DNA of 64,000 nt from Hydrolagus affinis (lineage: Eukaryota): the NCBI GenBank assembly GCA_012026655.1, contig JAAILG010001274.1, positions 1 to 64,000 on the forward strand. Reading direction: 5' to 3'. The notes below the pieces were generated by a model, which ran no database searches, had not been told where the DNA came from, and saw only the letters and a list, made by a program, of their open reading frames with translations. Shown here piece after piece: positions 35,204 through 46,975 of the stretch; the first letter of the stretch is position 1; each line of letters starts with the position of its first letter. The position numbers and the translations under genes were made by a program.

Positions 35204-35714
35204 TCTCCTGCAGGAAGACTTTGATGTTTTTTCTTCTTCTCTGGCTTCCATTTGTCTGATTTGCTGTGTTCTCAGGAACAGTCCGCATGTGTCTTTTAAT
35301 CCTAACTTTTGTGCAAGAAAAATGTCTCAACAAAACATTTTTGAACTTTGCTTCCTCCCTCTTCTCCCTCACCACCTCCCACTTCTGTGTTTGGAATGGC
35401 AGTCAGCTGAGAGAGATTCAGACTGTGTGCCTGTCAGAAACCTGGTCAAATGTTTAGTTAGCACAGAATATGAAGGTTGGCCCATTGATCCCTTAGTTTC
35501 CATCAGGCTACATACAATTTGCAATTTATTAACAACGAAGCAATTAAAATATTTTGTTCACCTTTGGCATTACTGTATTTATAACCGTTGACTTGAGTTG
35601 CACACAGCTGTCAACAATCATTTGAAGACAGTTTAATCAAAACCCTGTATTCAGTATTTTTGTGGTGCTCCAGTCTCAATGGAGACAGAATTACTCCCAT
35701 CAAATCCTCGTTGG

Positions 35715-35858
35715 AATAATAATAATGATCATGATAATAATAATAATTGCATTTGATTTTGCATCTTTTCAGGTCTTTGAGATGTCTCAAAGCTTGTTAC
35801 AGGACACACTGTCAAGTGACTTGATTATATTTTGTGGGCGAAACATGGCAGCCAATTC
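35715..35858 (-). mobile_element. SINE 3' fragment
   Basis: (AAT)n TTGCATTTGA...GAGATGTCTCAAAGC...GTGGGCGAAACATGGCAGCCAATT. Confidence 0.8.
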
Positions 35859-36365
35859 AGTAGACTGTACATTTGCCAAGTTAATAGCGTCTGTTACTGA
35901 AGCTTCACCTTTGTGATTCGGATGCAACTTATCAAATTCTACTAAGTTTGTTCCTCACAACTCAAAATGCCTCTTTGTTTTCATGCAATATCTCACTTGT
36001 CTGCATAAGAAATCCAAGTCATTTATCTATTACCTCAACCATTTCAATCCATTTCAAGTCTTTTCCCCTCAAAAAATATATAACTGGTTAAATCAACAGT
36101 TTCACAGCAAAACTACTGTAGTTAGTTTTTAAAATCAACCCTTAGAATTTAATTGTACTTAGAGAAAGTCCAATGGGATCAATTAGTCAGATGGAGTCAG
36201 TATTCTGCAGTGCAAGTTGAGAGTGTTCTCCTTATTTAACCATTAGGTTGTCATTACATTGAGCTATAAGCAATTTGTTCAAATTACAGACTTTCTTCTG
36301 TTTCTTATTAAAATGAATTTAGGCACGTCTTCCCTTCCTTCACCTTTTGCACTGTTTTGGAACTT

Positions 36366-36721
36366 GTGGACTGCTGTAGCTCAGCAGTTTGAGCCCTTGC
36401 CTCACAAGCAAGAGAACCTAGGTTTGATTCCCGGGCAGGACTAAAGTTTCCTTACTCCACACGCCTCTGTTTACCTGGTAGTAATCCTAGGAATCCGGTT
36501 GTGAGTTGATTGGCAGATTGCTTTTCCAGGGTTAATAATTCCTTTCAAAATATGTGGTCACTTAATCCATGACTATTTGTGGAACACTGCTGTGTGCAAT
36601 TGGCTGCTGTGTTTCACCCACAAATATACAGTCAATTCACTTTACAGTATATTCTGTGAAGTGCTTTGAGACGTCTCGAAGGTACGATAAGGCACTATAT
36701 CAAATGCAAGGATTATTATTA
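36366..36721 (+). mobile_element. Full-length SINE, long variant
   Basis: head CTGTAGCTCAG, anticodon-like arm CTTGC-CTCACAA-GCAAG, extra ~66 nt at 36467-36532, tail GATAAGGCACTATATCAAATGCAAGG. Confidence 0.9.
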
Positions 36722-38223
36722 AATTTCACCAAAGTACTCTCGTCCTCCCAAGATCTGCAAATTTAAATCCTTTTTTTACAGCATAAATAATTCAAATCAA
36801 AAGCAATCCACAAAACAATTTCATTTGTAAATTATTCTTCGTAATGCAAAATTGTTTTGTGGTCACCCTTGTTGTTTTTGTGATCCTGCCAAGAATGCTT
36901 TCTCTTACAAGGTTCATGACTGAATGAGATTCATAACTAAATCATTTGCTGTGTACGCAATAGATATTATTATAAGAGTCTCCGAACACTTTAGGCCAAC
37001 GCGTATTTATTACCGTTTCTCTTTTGGAGATGGACTGGATAAGCAACTTGCTTGTTACAACTAATTCTTTACAAACAAAGCACCATTAGAAGTGTGCTGC
37101 TCAGTTTCCCACTTGTAACATTCGGGCACATTTCCGATGGCATTTGAAACCAGTTAGTGGTACTGTATCAGTGTCAGTTGCCACATACAATTGTTAGTAC
37201 CTGTAATAGAAGAACAACTTGGTCTTTCCATTTCAAACAACTCAGATGATAGACGCTGCAAGAAATGTGCGTTGAAATGCTGTTGACACAGATATTTTTC
37301 GCTCAATCATCATTCTGTCATCTCGACAACAAAATCAAATGGCAAGATAGAGATGATTCTTTATTCCAGTAATTTGGGGTAGATAGTTGTGACAGTGGGA
37401 GTGTAATGTTGGTTCTTCTCAAACCGGATTCATGCATTCACAGCGATGTCCCATTTGCAAAATTCAATATTCGGTGTATCCCAAGAACAGCAAAGTCCAA
37501 CTTTAGTAATAAACGATGTATGCAGATGTTCCGGTTAATCCATTGCAGATGAGTTCGTGGTAAATTATCTCTGATTTTTGCAGTCTTCAGTTGTGTCACA
37601 ACACCTTAGTGTAAGGAGCGACGCTGACAGCTTATGTCAGAAAGCCTAACAGCTGCCATAAGCGAAAAGGGCTTTGAATAACAGTAAAATAGAATGTGTT
37701 TATTTTAGGATATAATCTAGGGATTCACATGAAAAATTATCAAATGTTCTCTTCGCTCTTAGTTTCAGTTATCATCTGGTTCATGTTATCACCTGAATTT
37801 GTGCCTGTAGTGCTGCTTTATAATCAATCAACGCTGGCTGTAATCCTCTTTCCTGAATGTGAATTTTAGCCGTACAGCTAAGGGATCTGATAATGCAGTC
37901 CTCAGTTTATATTTTATATATATATATAAACATATACAGTATATAAGTTTCTGTTCATTTATTAGATTTACTACTCTACCTATATTGTCCTAACTGAAAA
38001 TCAGAGTAAATATTTGTGACAGGCACACAGCTCATGAAATATTAAATGGCCTTTTATTAACTCATCTGATGAATCCGGAACAAATTAGGAATCCCTTTAA
38101 GCTATTTTCGAACAATGTCTTATCAAACCGACCAATAGTTTGTGATATAGAAGTAAAACTCCAAAGTTCAAATTAACATCTGGCTGGCACTGCATTGCCT
38201 TATGACTGAGGTTTAATTTTATT

Positions 38224-38425
38224 ATAATAATCCCTCAAAAAAACAATGATATGGTCACTCAATCCACGACTGTTTGTGCAGATGCGCTGCTGTGTGCGAT
38301 TGGCTGCCGCATTTTGCCCACAAATATACAGTCAATACACTTTACAGTGTATTCTGTGAAGCGCTTTGAAACGTTTAGAAGATGTGAAAAGCGCTACATC
38401 AAATGCAAGGATTATTATTATTACT
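38224..38425 (+). mobile_element. 5'-truncated SINE starting at the internal (AAT)n
   Basis: ATAATAATCCCTC...AAATGCAAGG(ATT)n. Confidence 0.9.
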
Positions 38426-39711
38426 AATATTATATCCTATAGATGTGATGCCAAACAACTCACAATAAATTTTCAGAGAAGTGATTGTCACTGAAGTTCA
38501 TCTGTCCATTGCAGTAATAATAACACAGAAAGCATAAGGCATTTTTTTCTGATTCAGAAGTTTTTTTAATAAATCTGGAATTAGTTAAGGTGACGCCATT
38601 ATTATTATTGCATCAATTACTCTGTCTGATGTGCCCATCGAAAATAGCACTCCAATAAATTCCACCTCCTACTGTTAAAGAATATCAGTTCTTGATTCAG
38701 ATTGGATTTCATCTGGAGGATTGTGAGGTGATGTTGGAATCTGCTGGTTATTTGCTGTGAGAGTCTTATTAAATACTTGGGATTATGAATAATTTGCTTG
38801 GGTTGTTGATATTATGGTTCAGGTGGTCAGTTGGATTTGGCATTGTTCAGTCATCTTGTTTTAAATTTATTTCAGCAGGGAATGGGATGGGTGTTGTGAA
38901 ATGCACTCTAAGAATATAATGAGCAGTTTTTGTTTCTGGTCTTCAAGGGAATTTTTTTTTTACATGAAAAATTCATTGGAGCATTTCAACTTTGTTTTCT
39001 TCTGATGCTTTACCCCAAAGGGTTTTATTTCCTGTTTATAATGGGATGTATATACTGTATATAGATATATATATATAGATATAAAAAGGAAACAGTGATG
39101 GGAAATACGGAAACACACAGGACCTTGTTCTGTGGTTTCACAATCCTGAGCTGCCCTTAGTAACACATTCCTTTTTTTTAAAAAAAACTGGTTCTCTTTT
39201 TCCTTTTTTTATCATTGAATTTTTTTTTAAAAAGCTTTTTCAGTCGAAAGTAAAGTTTTGTCTTCCTTTGTTTTTGTAGGATTGAAGGTTACCATTCCCT
39301 CATGTATCATCCTTGGGGTTATTTTTGGAAGGAACATGCATTTGGAAGCAATGTTGTATTTTGCCCCTTATGCCTTCCTTCTTTCCCTTACAGTGTTCTT
39401 TCTATTCATGACTGAGCACACGAAGCACCCGTTGAATTTTAAAGATTGTTTTTTGATACGTTCTTGATTATAAATATTTATTGCATTGATTTCAATCTGA
39501 ACTTTCAGTGTTGTGTGAAAACGAGGCTGTCGGAAGAGTTTAGGGTTGAAAGAGAAAGTTTCTATTTTTAGATGACAGATTATTTGTTTAGCACGCTGTT
39601 TGGTATGGTGGCCAGGAGTTCATTAACAACAGCTGGACCCCTGGATTCCGTAGATGCAAATCATGTTTTTTCAATGTATTGAATTTGTGAGCGGTTTAAA
39701 GGTGGCCAACT

Positions 39712-39965
39712 TTCAGCTTTCAGCCTATCTTCCCCCCAATGTCTGGAAATCCATCCCAAAGTCCCTCCGGCTCGCTCCCTCCCTCCCTCACTTCATTCAA
39801 GGTTCATCTCAAGACCTGCCTCTTTGACTGCACTTATGGTTACCTTTCTCCTTCCCACTCACCCCCGGCTCCCTTGTATGCCAAGCCAGGATCGGTAACC
39901 AAGCGCCTTGGGCTGTCCTCCTGATGTGAAGAGTATGTGTAATGTGAAGGTACATTTGTATTGCA
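39712..39965 (+). mobile_element. L2 LINE 3' end
   Basis: PNVWKSIPKSLRL and SFKVHLKTCLFD (L2 C-terminus), then AAGCGCCTTGGGCTGTCCTCCTGATGTGAA. Confidence 0.8.
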
Positions 39966-40575
39966 TCTTCCCGAACAAGATTATGTGACATTACTGAAAC
40001 GACTGGAGATGTGAAGGAACAGTATGAAAGAAGGGCAACTGGCCATTTCTTGCCTGCTTGAGATTCTAACAGAGGTGCATTGATTAAATGTAAGAAGGTC
40101 TGAGAGACCTCATCAAGCACCAATTCTAAATGTAAATTTACTGAAAGCCTGTAGGACTCTTGATAAAAACTAAACTAGAAACCATTTCTAGAATGTATTT
40201 CTTTCACAAGATCCAATTTGCGCGCCAGATATTTCATAGCTATCCTGTTGGTTCTCGGTGCGAGTCTTAGTGATTTATCACATCCGCTATAATGTTTTAA
40301 ATGATTAAATAATATCACGTAGACACACATTCAATTTTGAATTCATTTTTTTTGTGGAGGGGGTGAGGGTGGTGTGGGGTGGGGTAGGGGGAAATGAGAT
40401 ATACGTAATAGCCGAAAAGGAAGCTATGGAGAGTAAGAGAAGAGAGGAGGTGAGAGGCGGTTTGATAAATACTTTTGTGGAGAGTGAGTGAAGAAGTTTC
40501 CTTTGTGGAAAGAAAGTGGCGAATGTGAGAGAGCCTATGTGGGAGAGGGAGATGGATCTGAGGGTAAACAGCATC

Positions 40576-40699
40576 TAATAATAATAATAATCCTTGCATT
40601 TGATATAGTATGTAGTTGATATACTTCACGTCTTGTAGACTGTCTCAAAAAGCTTCACGGAATATACTATCAAGTGAATTGACTGTCTTTGTGGGTGAT
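40576..40699 (-). mobile_element. SINE 3' fragment
   Basis: (AAT)nCCTTGCATTTGATATAG...GTGAATTGACTG. Confidence 0.82.
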
Positions 40700-41695
40700 C
40701 TGGCAGTAGTAATAACAATATTCCTATTTTATATACAATGACAAAATTACACTTGTACAGCACCTTGTACACCTTGTAATGTCTTTGAGATGTCTCAATG
40801 ATGGGTAAAGTCATGTGCGTGTGTGTGTGTGGTTCATAGTGTGCACAGCAAGCACAAGGGGATTGGATACTGAGGGATATCCTGGACAAAGAGAGTGAGA
40901 GGTGTGTGTGTCCTCACCCCATCCTGCCCCGCTCACCTGTTTCCTTTGAGAGCTCTCTTTTTAAATGGAGTCTTTAGCCACCTCTCGAGGGAATGAGTGT
41001 GAGGCAGGATAGATATTGGAACAAAGCCTTAAGTGATCTGATGTATGTAAGCCTCACTCAGAAGTTTAACAGCCTATTTGTGGAGCAGATATTCGTGATA
41101 TCCTTACAATGGAGACGGAAAAGTACAATCATTTTGGAATAATTGTGGCTGACATGTCGGTTTCATTAAGTAGTTTGAAACTCAGAATTAATGCTGCATT
41201 AAAACCCTTTTGAACATTTCTTAGTCTGAATCTGAAGGCGAGTGATTGGAGATAGAATTCAACCCGGAGAATATTTTTCTTCCCTCGCAGTCTATCGGGC
41301 TGGAGAAGGGAATGACACACAACTATATTCTTTGGCAGATAAATACGAGAAGGCACTTAATGTCACAAGAGCCTGATATGCTTGTACAGTGTTTGGTTGT
41401 GGCCTTGTGAGAAGAAGGTGTATGAGGTTCCTGGCAGGTTGGAGAGATGGATCTAACCCTCTAGGTGATGTACGAGGGAAGAGGAGAAGTGGTGCATTTC
41501 CACAATAGTTTTCTGACAGATTCCAAAGGGACCCAGTCACTCTTCAGTAGCCTTCAAATGTCAGATTTTAGATTGGGAGACCGCGACATTTTAGACCATT
41601 CCATGTCTGAATGTTACTGCAAGCTTATCACCAGTATTCATGGGAATTCCCATCACCCCAACCCTCCTTTGCAGGCATATTGTTGCTTTCATGAG

Positions 41696-41860
41696 CACAA
41701 CAACAACAAAATTATGTTTATAGAGCGCCTTTCACGTCGGGAGGACGTCCCAAGGCGCTGAACAGTCAGGTTGGATCCCGAGCAAGTAGGAGGGGCAGGG
41801 TTAGGGGAGGGGAGGAATCGAGTTAGGAGGGGACGGAGAAAGTTAGGAGGGGAGGGAAAC
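41696..41860 (-). mobile_element. L2 3' end, well preserved
   Basis: (CAA)n...AGCGCCTTTCACGTCGGGAGGACGTCCCAAGGCGCTGAACAGTCAGG plus a purine-rich continuation. Confidence 0.85.
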
Positions 41861-42141
41861 ACACACAGCCATATTTGTGCTAAAGCAAGAGAATGAACCA
41901 GCTTTTACTCAGGTCCTATGTTTTTATTGGGAATGTGTACGTCTTTTCACTATAATATGAATAATCCATGATGAAAATTGAATGCAGTTCAGTGCTGGCA
42001 ATTTATAGAACAGTCTCTATTTATATGTTCCTGCTTTTAATGTAGTCAGGACAACATTGAATAATGTTGTTCTTGTGGTTATTAGCAAACCCAAAGTAGA
42101 GAGCTGCAGATGGTATCCAAAATCTAATATAAAAATTATAT

Positions 42142-42240
42142 TAATAATCTTGCATTTGATATAACGCCTTAACGTATTGTTGAGACATTTCAAAGCGCTT
42201 CACAGAAAATACTGTAAAGTGGATTGGTTTTGTATTTTGC
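42142..42240 (-). mobile_element. SINE tail
   Basis: TAATAATCTTGCATTTGATATAACGCCTT...CAAAGCGCTTCACAG. Confidence 0.8.
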
Positions 42241-43116
42241 ATATACAGGTACATTTATTTTAATATATATATAATTGTGTTTGACTGTTCGGTTTAGCAA
42301 CCCTAATAAAGAATGGAGATTAAAAGAGGCAAATTAAATTTCTGGGGGGAAAAAAACAATTCAGGTGAAGTTGTTCTTGGTTGCTATATGGTTACGGTTA
42401 AGAACTCCTTTCTTTTAATATAACGTTCCAATTCCCCTCTTCCAATCTAGGAATAGTGCGGGTGATTTATGTTGCTGTGGTAAGCCATTTGTTCCGTTGT
42501 GAATGCTAATGTATCACCTTAATAACTCAAGCAATGCTTTGGCAGATTTTAACCAAATTGGTATGTACAGTATTCATTGACTGGATTCCTCCTAACCAGC
42601 CCACATGTATCACAAGAGAAAATGTTTGAATTTATAAATCAAAAATGGTTCGACAGTTTTAAGAGGGGTTCCCTTGCCCGAGGCACCAGTTTGGCCTCAT
42701 ATTCAGCAAATGTTCATTTAAAAATTGAATTATTTCCAAGTAAAAAACAAAAATCTTTGCTATGTGCCCATATTGTTGGCATGTTTGCATGTGAACCCAT
42801 ACCTGGAAAGGAGTCCCGCAATACTATATTAGTCCACTCGAATATTCTATCATTTAACATGGTAAATTATCACTCAGTTCTAATCCCCAGCTCGCAACCA
42901 AACTCAGTTCAGCCAAAACAATAATAAAATCATTTTGCGTCCTAAAACGTTAAGTTTGCGACCAGGAACTTTTAAAATTGGAGTTGTACATTTCTGAGCC
43001 TTTCCTTTCCATGGCAATGGCACCATTTGTTAGGGATGATTTTAACCATTGTGATGTTTTGTGTGTTGATATTTGTGAACATTACTCACAGTTGTGGTTG
43101 GTTGAATTTATTTTTA

Positions 43117-43318
43117 GTTGTGTGTGCGTATGTTGTGTGTGTGTGTATTATGTGTGTGTATTGTGTTTGTGTGTGTGTTTGTTGTGTGTGTTGTGTGCGT
43201 TCTGCGTTGTGTGTGTATTGCGTGTATTGTATTTGTGTGTTGTGTTGTCTGTGTGTATTGTGGTTTGTATATGTGTTGTGCGTGTGTGTGTGTGTGTGTG
43301 TGTGTTGTGAGTATGTGT
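43117..43318. repeat. Degenerate (TG)n / (TGT)n microsatellite, ~200 bp
   Basis: direct reading; source of the Cys/Val-rich and Thr/His-rich pseudo-ORFs. Confidence 0.95.
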
Positions 43319-43472
43319 TCCCATGCCAGATGCAGAACAATCAGGGGTATAATGACAGGCTCAAAGAGTGAACAAAGCTGTGAGTTGATTTGGAGAAGAT
43401 TTGCATCAGCAAGCTGCCAGTCAGCATCCTTCATTACCCTTTCAAACATACTAATTGTGCATCAGCAATGTT

Positions 43473-43686
43473 AATAATAATAATAATCTGTCCCAAAAAA
43501 CCCACAATAATAAAATTGGTCATTTCAATCCACGACTGTTTGTGGGGACGCTGCTGTGCGCAATTGGCTGCCGCGTTTCGCCCACAAATATACAGTTAAC
43601 TCACTTTACAGTATATTCTGTGAAGCACTTTGAGATGTTGATAAGATGTGAAAAGCGCTATACCAAAATGCAAGGATTTTTATTCT
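43473..43686 (+). mobile_element. 5'-truncated SINE with a 13-bp TSD
   Basis: starts at the internal (AAT)n; flanked by CATCAGCAATGTT (43460-43472) and CATCAGCAATATT (43687-43699). Confidence 0.92.
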
Positions 43687-44543
43687 CATCAGCAATATTC
43701 CTTCTTGCCTTTTTAATAAGTCTCTCGTGTTGCTACCATCAAGAATGTCTGGGGGAAAACTGCAAGTTTGAGCCTGTAAATGCAATAAACTGATACTGTG
43801 TGGAATTGATTTTTTTTTACCTCAAGTGGATCAATTTAATAGCGAAGTTAAATTCTCCCGCAGATGGCGAACAGTATTTAGGAAAGGATGGGATTGGAGC
43901 CCTTCCAGAGGATATGTTAGATTTACACTGTTTGATGTTGGAGATACCACTTTGTTTTTCATGACTTCTTGCATTGACAAAAAGACACCGAAATGAAATC
44001 TGGCACAATCGGAATTACCAAGAGACAAACAATATTTTGGTGACAGTGAAGATGCAAACCGAAATACACAGCGATTAGGTCGATGACGGAAAAAGGAGCT
44101 ACTTTTTGTCAGTAGACGGTGGCAAAATATTTTTCTTTCATAGATGAAATACTAATGATTCCAAACTGGTTTAGCTTCATATCTCTTCGGGTACCGTCCT
44201 CACAGTGAAGGCGGGCAACAATTCCTCCAATATAAATTGAACTCGATTACAATTGGGGATGAAAGTGGACATTAGCGGTTACATTAATAGCAGAGCTGCT
44301 TTCATTTAACACGCATGAATTAATCGATTATTCAACTCAATGATCACACATTCAGTAATTTTTTTTCATGGTTGAGCATTCCCTTTGCTCGCTTTCCATT
44401 GGCTATATTCTCCACCGTATGAAATTGTTTTGAATTTTGAGAGAATGGACCTGCTTTCACAGTGACTAATGGGTCATGTGCATGTGTTTAATTTGCTAGT
44501 GAATATCATCATGCTAGTGATTCTCAGAGACCCTCTTATATTT

Positions 44544-45178
44544 TGTGGCTCGGTGGTTAGAGCACTCACATTACAAGCGTGAGACCTGTGTTTTGAATCC
44601 AGGCAGATCAGAGCGAAACCTTGGGCAAGTTTCCTTACTTCACACACACGCCTAATAATAATCCCATAAAAAAAAAGACAATAATAAAATTGGTCATTTC
44701 AATCCACGCCTGTTTGTGGGGAAGCTGCTATGCGTAATTGGCTGCCATGTTTCGCCCACAAATAAACAGTCGATTCACTTTACAGTATATTCTTTAAAAC
44801 GCTTTGAGACTCGTCTAGAACAGCGGTTCTCAACCAGGGGTACATGTACCCCAGGGGGTTCAAAATTACTTCCAGGGGATACAGGTAGTGGTACATTGAT
44901 TTATTTAGCTCTCTTATTTAACGTTTTATAGCCTTCCAAATTGTATATTTAATTGTTATTCCCCCCGTTTTGTATAGTTATTTTGTTATATAAGAGAAGC
45001 CTGGTCATAAAATGCAAGTGGAATAGGGGGTGGTGGTGAGTGTGTGTGTATGTTGTTGGGTGGGGGTACACGATAATGTTGAAAATTAACAAGGGGTACA
45101 CTACTGAAAAAGGTTGAGAACCGCTGGTCTAGAAGAGCGCTATATCAAAATGCAAGGATTATTATTTATTATTATTAT
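44544..45178 (+). mobile_element. Full-length SINE interrupted by a hAT MITE
   Basis: head and body 44544-44820; the tail resumes at 45127-45178. Confidence 0.9.
44821..45126. mobile_element. hAT/Charlie-type MITE, 306 bp
   Basis: perfect 15-bp TIRs CAGCGGTTCTCAACC / GGTTGAGAACCGCTG; perfect 8-bp TSD GTCTAGAA (44813-44820, 45127-45134); subterminal GGGGTAC motifs. Confidence 0.95.
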
Positions 45179-45973
45179 ATCATATTATTGGCTTCAACTG
45201 CAGTGAAAGCTTTCTTTAGATTCCAGATATTTCCAACAACTTATATAGCACTTATATAGCTCCCTCCATGCTGTGTAGCGTATCAGACTCTTATACACAG
45301 ATTGGTTGGTGAAATCATATTGTGCTGTGTTTCTTGACGTATATGTTCTGCAGTGTATTGTGTGTGTGTGATATAAATATATATTTACATGTTTCAGTAT
45401 TGTGCTACTTGATTGATTTTATGTAATTGATTTTGATTGAGTTTACGTAAAATTATTCATTTAAAATGTGCAGTTTTTAAAATAAAAAAAAGATATATAC
45501 AGTATATATATTCTCTGATCTCCTTCTCACTGTTTCTTATACAGTATTTTATACAGTTTTTTATACAGTATTTGACAAAGGAAAAGGAGACTGAGGTTTG
45601 GCAGACATTGTATTACTGGTCACACTGAAAGGGCACATTTCCAAACACTGTACTTTCCATCAGTCTTATCAGGACCTGAATGAGATCATTTTAGAAGAAA
45701 TCCTATGAATAATTTTTTGAGATACAGTGCTATGTATAATTTTCTTCACAGAACGAACACTTTGGTGTAAAATTGATTTCCGTTAGAGCCTGTGTTCTCC
45801 TGATGCTGTTTTTTTTTCTCTCTCTTTTGACTTGAACTGTTCAAAGGGAACAGCAAACCTTCATAGCAACATTGACACTTGTGTAATTTCTATTGTGACT
45901 CAGCCACAATCCAACTCATGAGAAACTTCCTTGCCAGTGTCAACTCTGTCTGGCTCAGATACGCTTGAACGTC

Positions 45974-46060
45974 AGAACATAAGAAATATAAGAATTTGCT
46001 GGGCCAAACAAGACCCAGGTCCATCCAGTTCATCTTCCACCATCCTTGGTAGTTGCTTGA
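45974..46060 (-). mobile_element. CR1 3' tail
   Basis: AGAACATAAGAAATATAAGAATTTGCTGG...GGTCCATCCAGTTCATCTTCCACC; same family as 24475 and 51300. Confidence 0.65.
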
Positions 46061-46104
46061 GTTCACTACTCACTCATTGTATACAGCATGGTGATAGGTT
46101 TCTG

Positions 46105-46312
46105 CTAAACAGCTTTTAAAAGGGAACTCAGCTTTTAAAAGGGAACTCAGCTTTTAAAAGGGAACTCAGATCTTTATTTAGGAAGAGCAGGTCTGTTAGG
46201 TTATGGGGAGAAAGCTGGGCAGTGGGATTGAGTTGCTCTGTTCAAAGAGTCGGCACAGACTAGATGGGCGGAATGGCCTCCTTTTGTGCCGTATAATTCT
46301 ATGATTCTATGA
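46105..46312 (+). mobile_element. CR1 3' end containing a 19-bp tandem triplication
   Basis: (CAGCTTTTAAAAGGGAACT)x3 at 46110-46166; AAAGAGTCGGCACAGACTAGATGGGCGGAATGGCCTCC...(ATTCTATG)x2. Confidence 0.85.
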
Positions 46313-46522
46313 TAAACAGAAAGCGTTAAAGTTCTGCATATTTATTTAAACCGTAATCAGGTAACACGTGGTTTCTTGCTTGGTTTCCAGGACTGTATTT
46401 TGAACACACATTGTGTAGACCTTCCTCAGGAAAGGTGAGGAGATGACCCTACTTTTCAGCTCTTTGATAAAGCCATGATAGTCATTAAACACGGTATCCT
46501 TCGTCCTCTCCTTTTACTTGCA

Positions 46523-46700
46523 GTCATTCGATCCACAAGTGTTTGTGGGACACTGCTGTGAGCAATTGGCTGCCATGTTTCGCCCACAAAATATACAGTC
46601 AATTCACTTTACGGTATATTCTGTGAAGCACTTTGAGACACAGCCTAGAAAGACGTGAAAAGCACTATATCAAAAGCAAAGATTATTATTATTGTTACTA
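46523..46700 (+). mobile_element. SINE 3' part
   Basis: GTTTGTGGGACACTGCTGTGAGCAATTGGCTGCC...tail. Confidence 0.88.
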
Positions 46701-46886
46701 TAAAAAGCTTTCCTTCTGCTCAACTCCAGTGCAGGTGAGATTCGGGAACTCTTCACGTGGAAATATGGTCAAGGAAGTTGTCACCATCCGATTACTCTCT
46801 GTGCAGATGTCAGCATCTGATCTGATATTGGTGCGCTGGGTAATAAAAAAGCGAACCCAGTTTGCGATATCTAAGAATGGTATCTC

Positions 46887-46975
46887 TACCACAACAACCA
46901 CAAAATTGCATTATATAGCACCTTTCACGTCGGGAGGACGTCCCAAAGCACTGAACAGTCAGGTCGGGATACTCT
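46887..46975 (-). mobile_element. L2 tail
   Basis: AAAATTGCATTATATAGCACCTTTCACGTCGGGAGGACGTCCCAAAGCACTGAACAGTCAGG. Confidence 0.82.

Noticed and set aside
35130-35591. 153-aa ORF, the longest in unique sequence
   Set aside because: Non-ATG start, no recognisable domain, composition typical of T-rich non-coding DNA
42978-43474. Cys/Val-rich ORFs that look metallothionein- or keratin-associated-like
   Set aside because: Translation of a (TG)n microsatellite
46110-46166. CRISPR-like direct repeats
   Set aside because: Head-to-tail 19-mers with no spacers, inside a CR1 fragment in eukaryotic DNA
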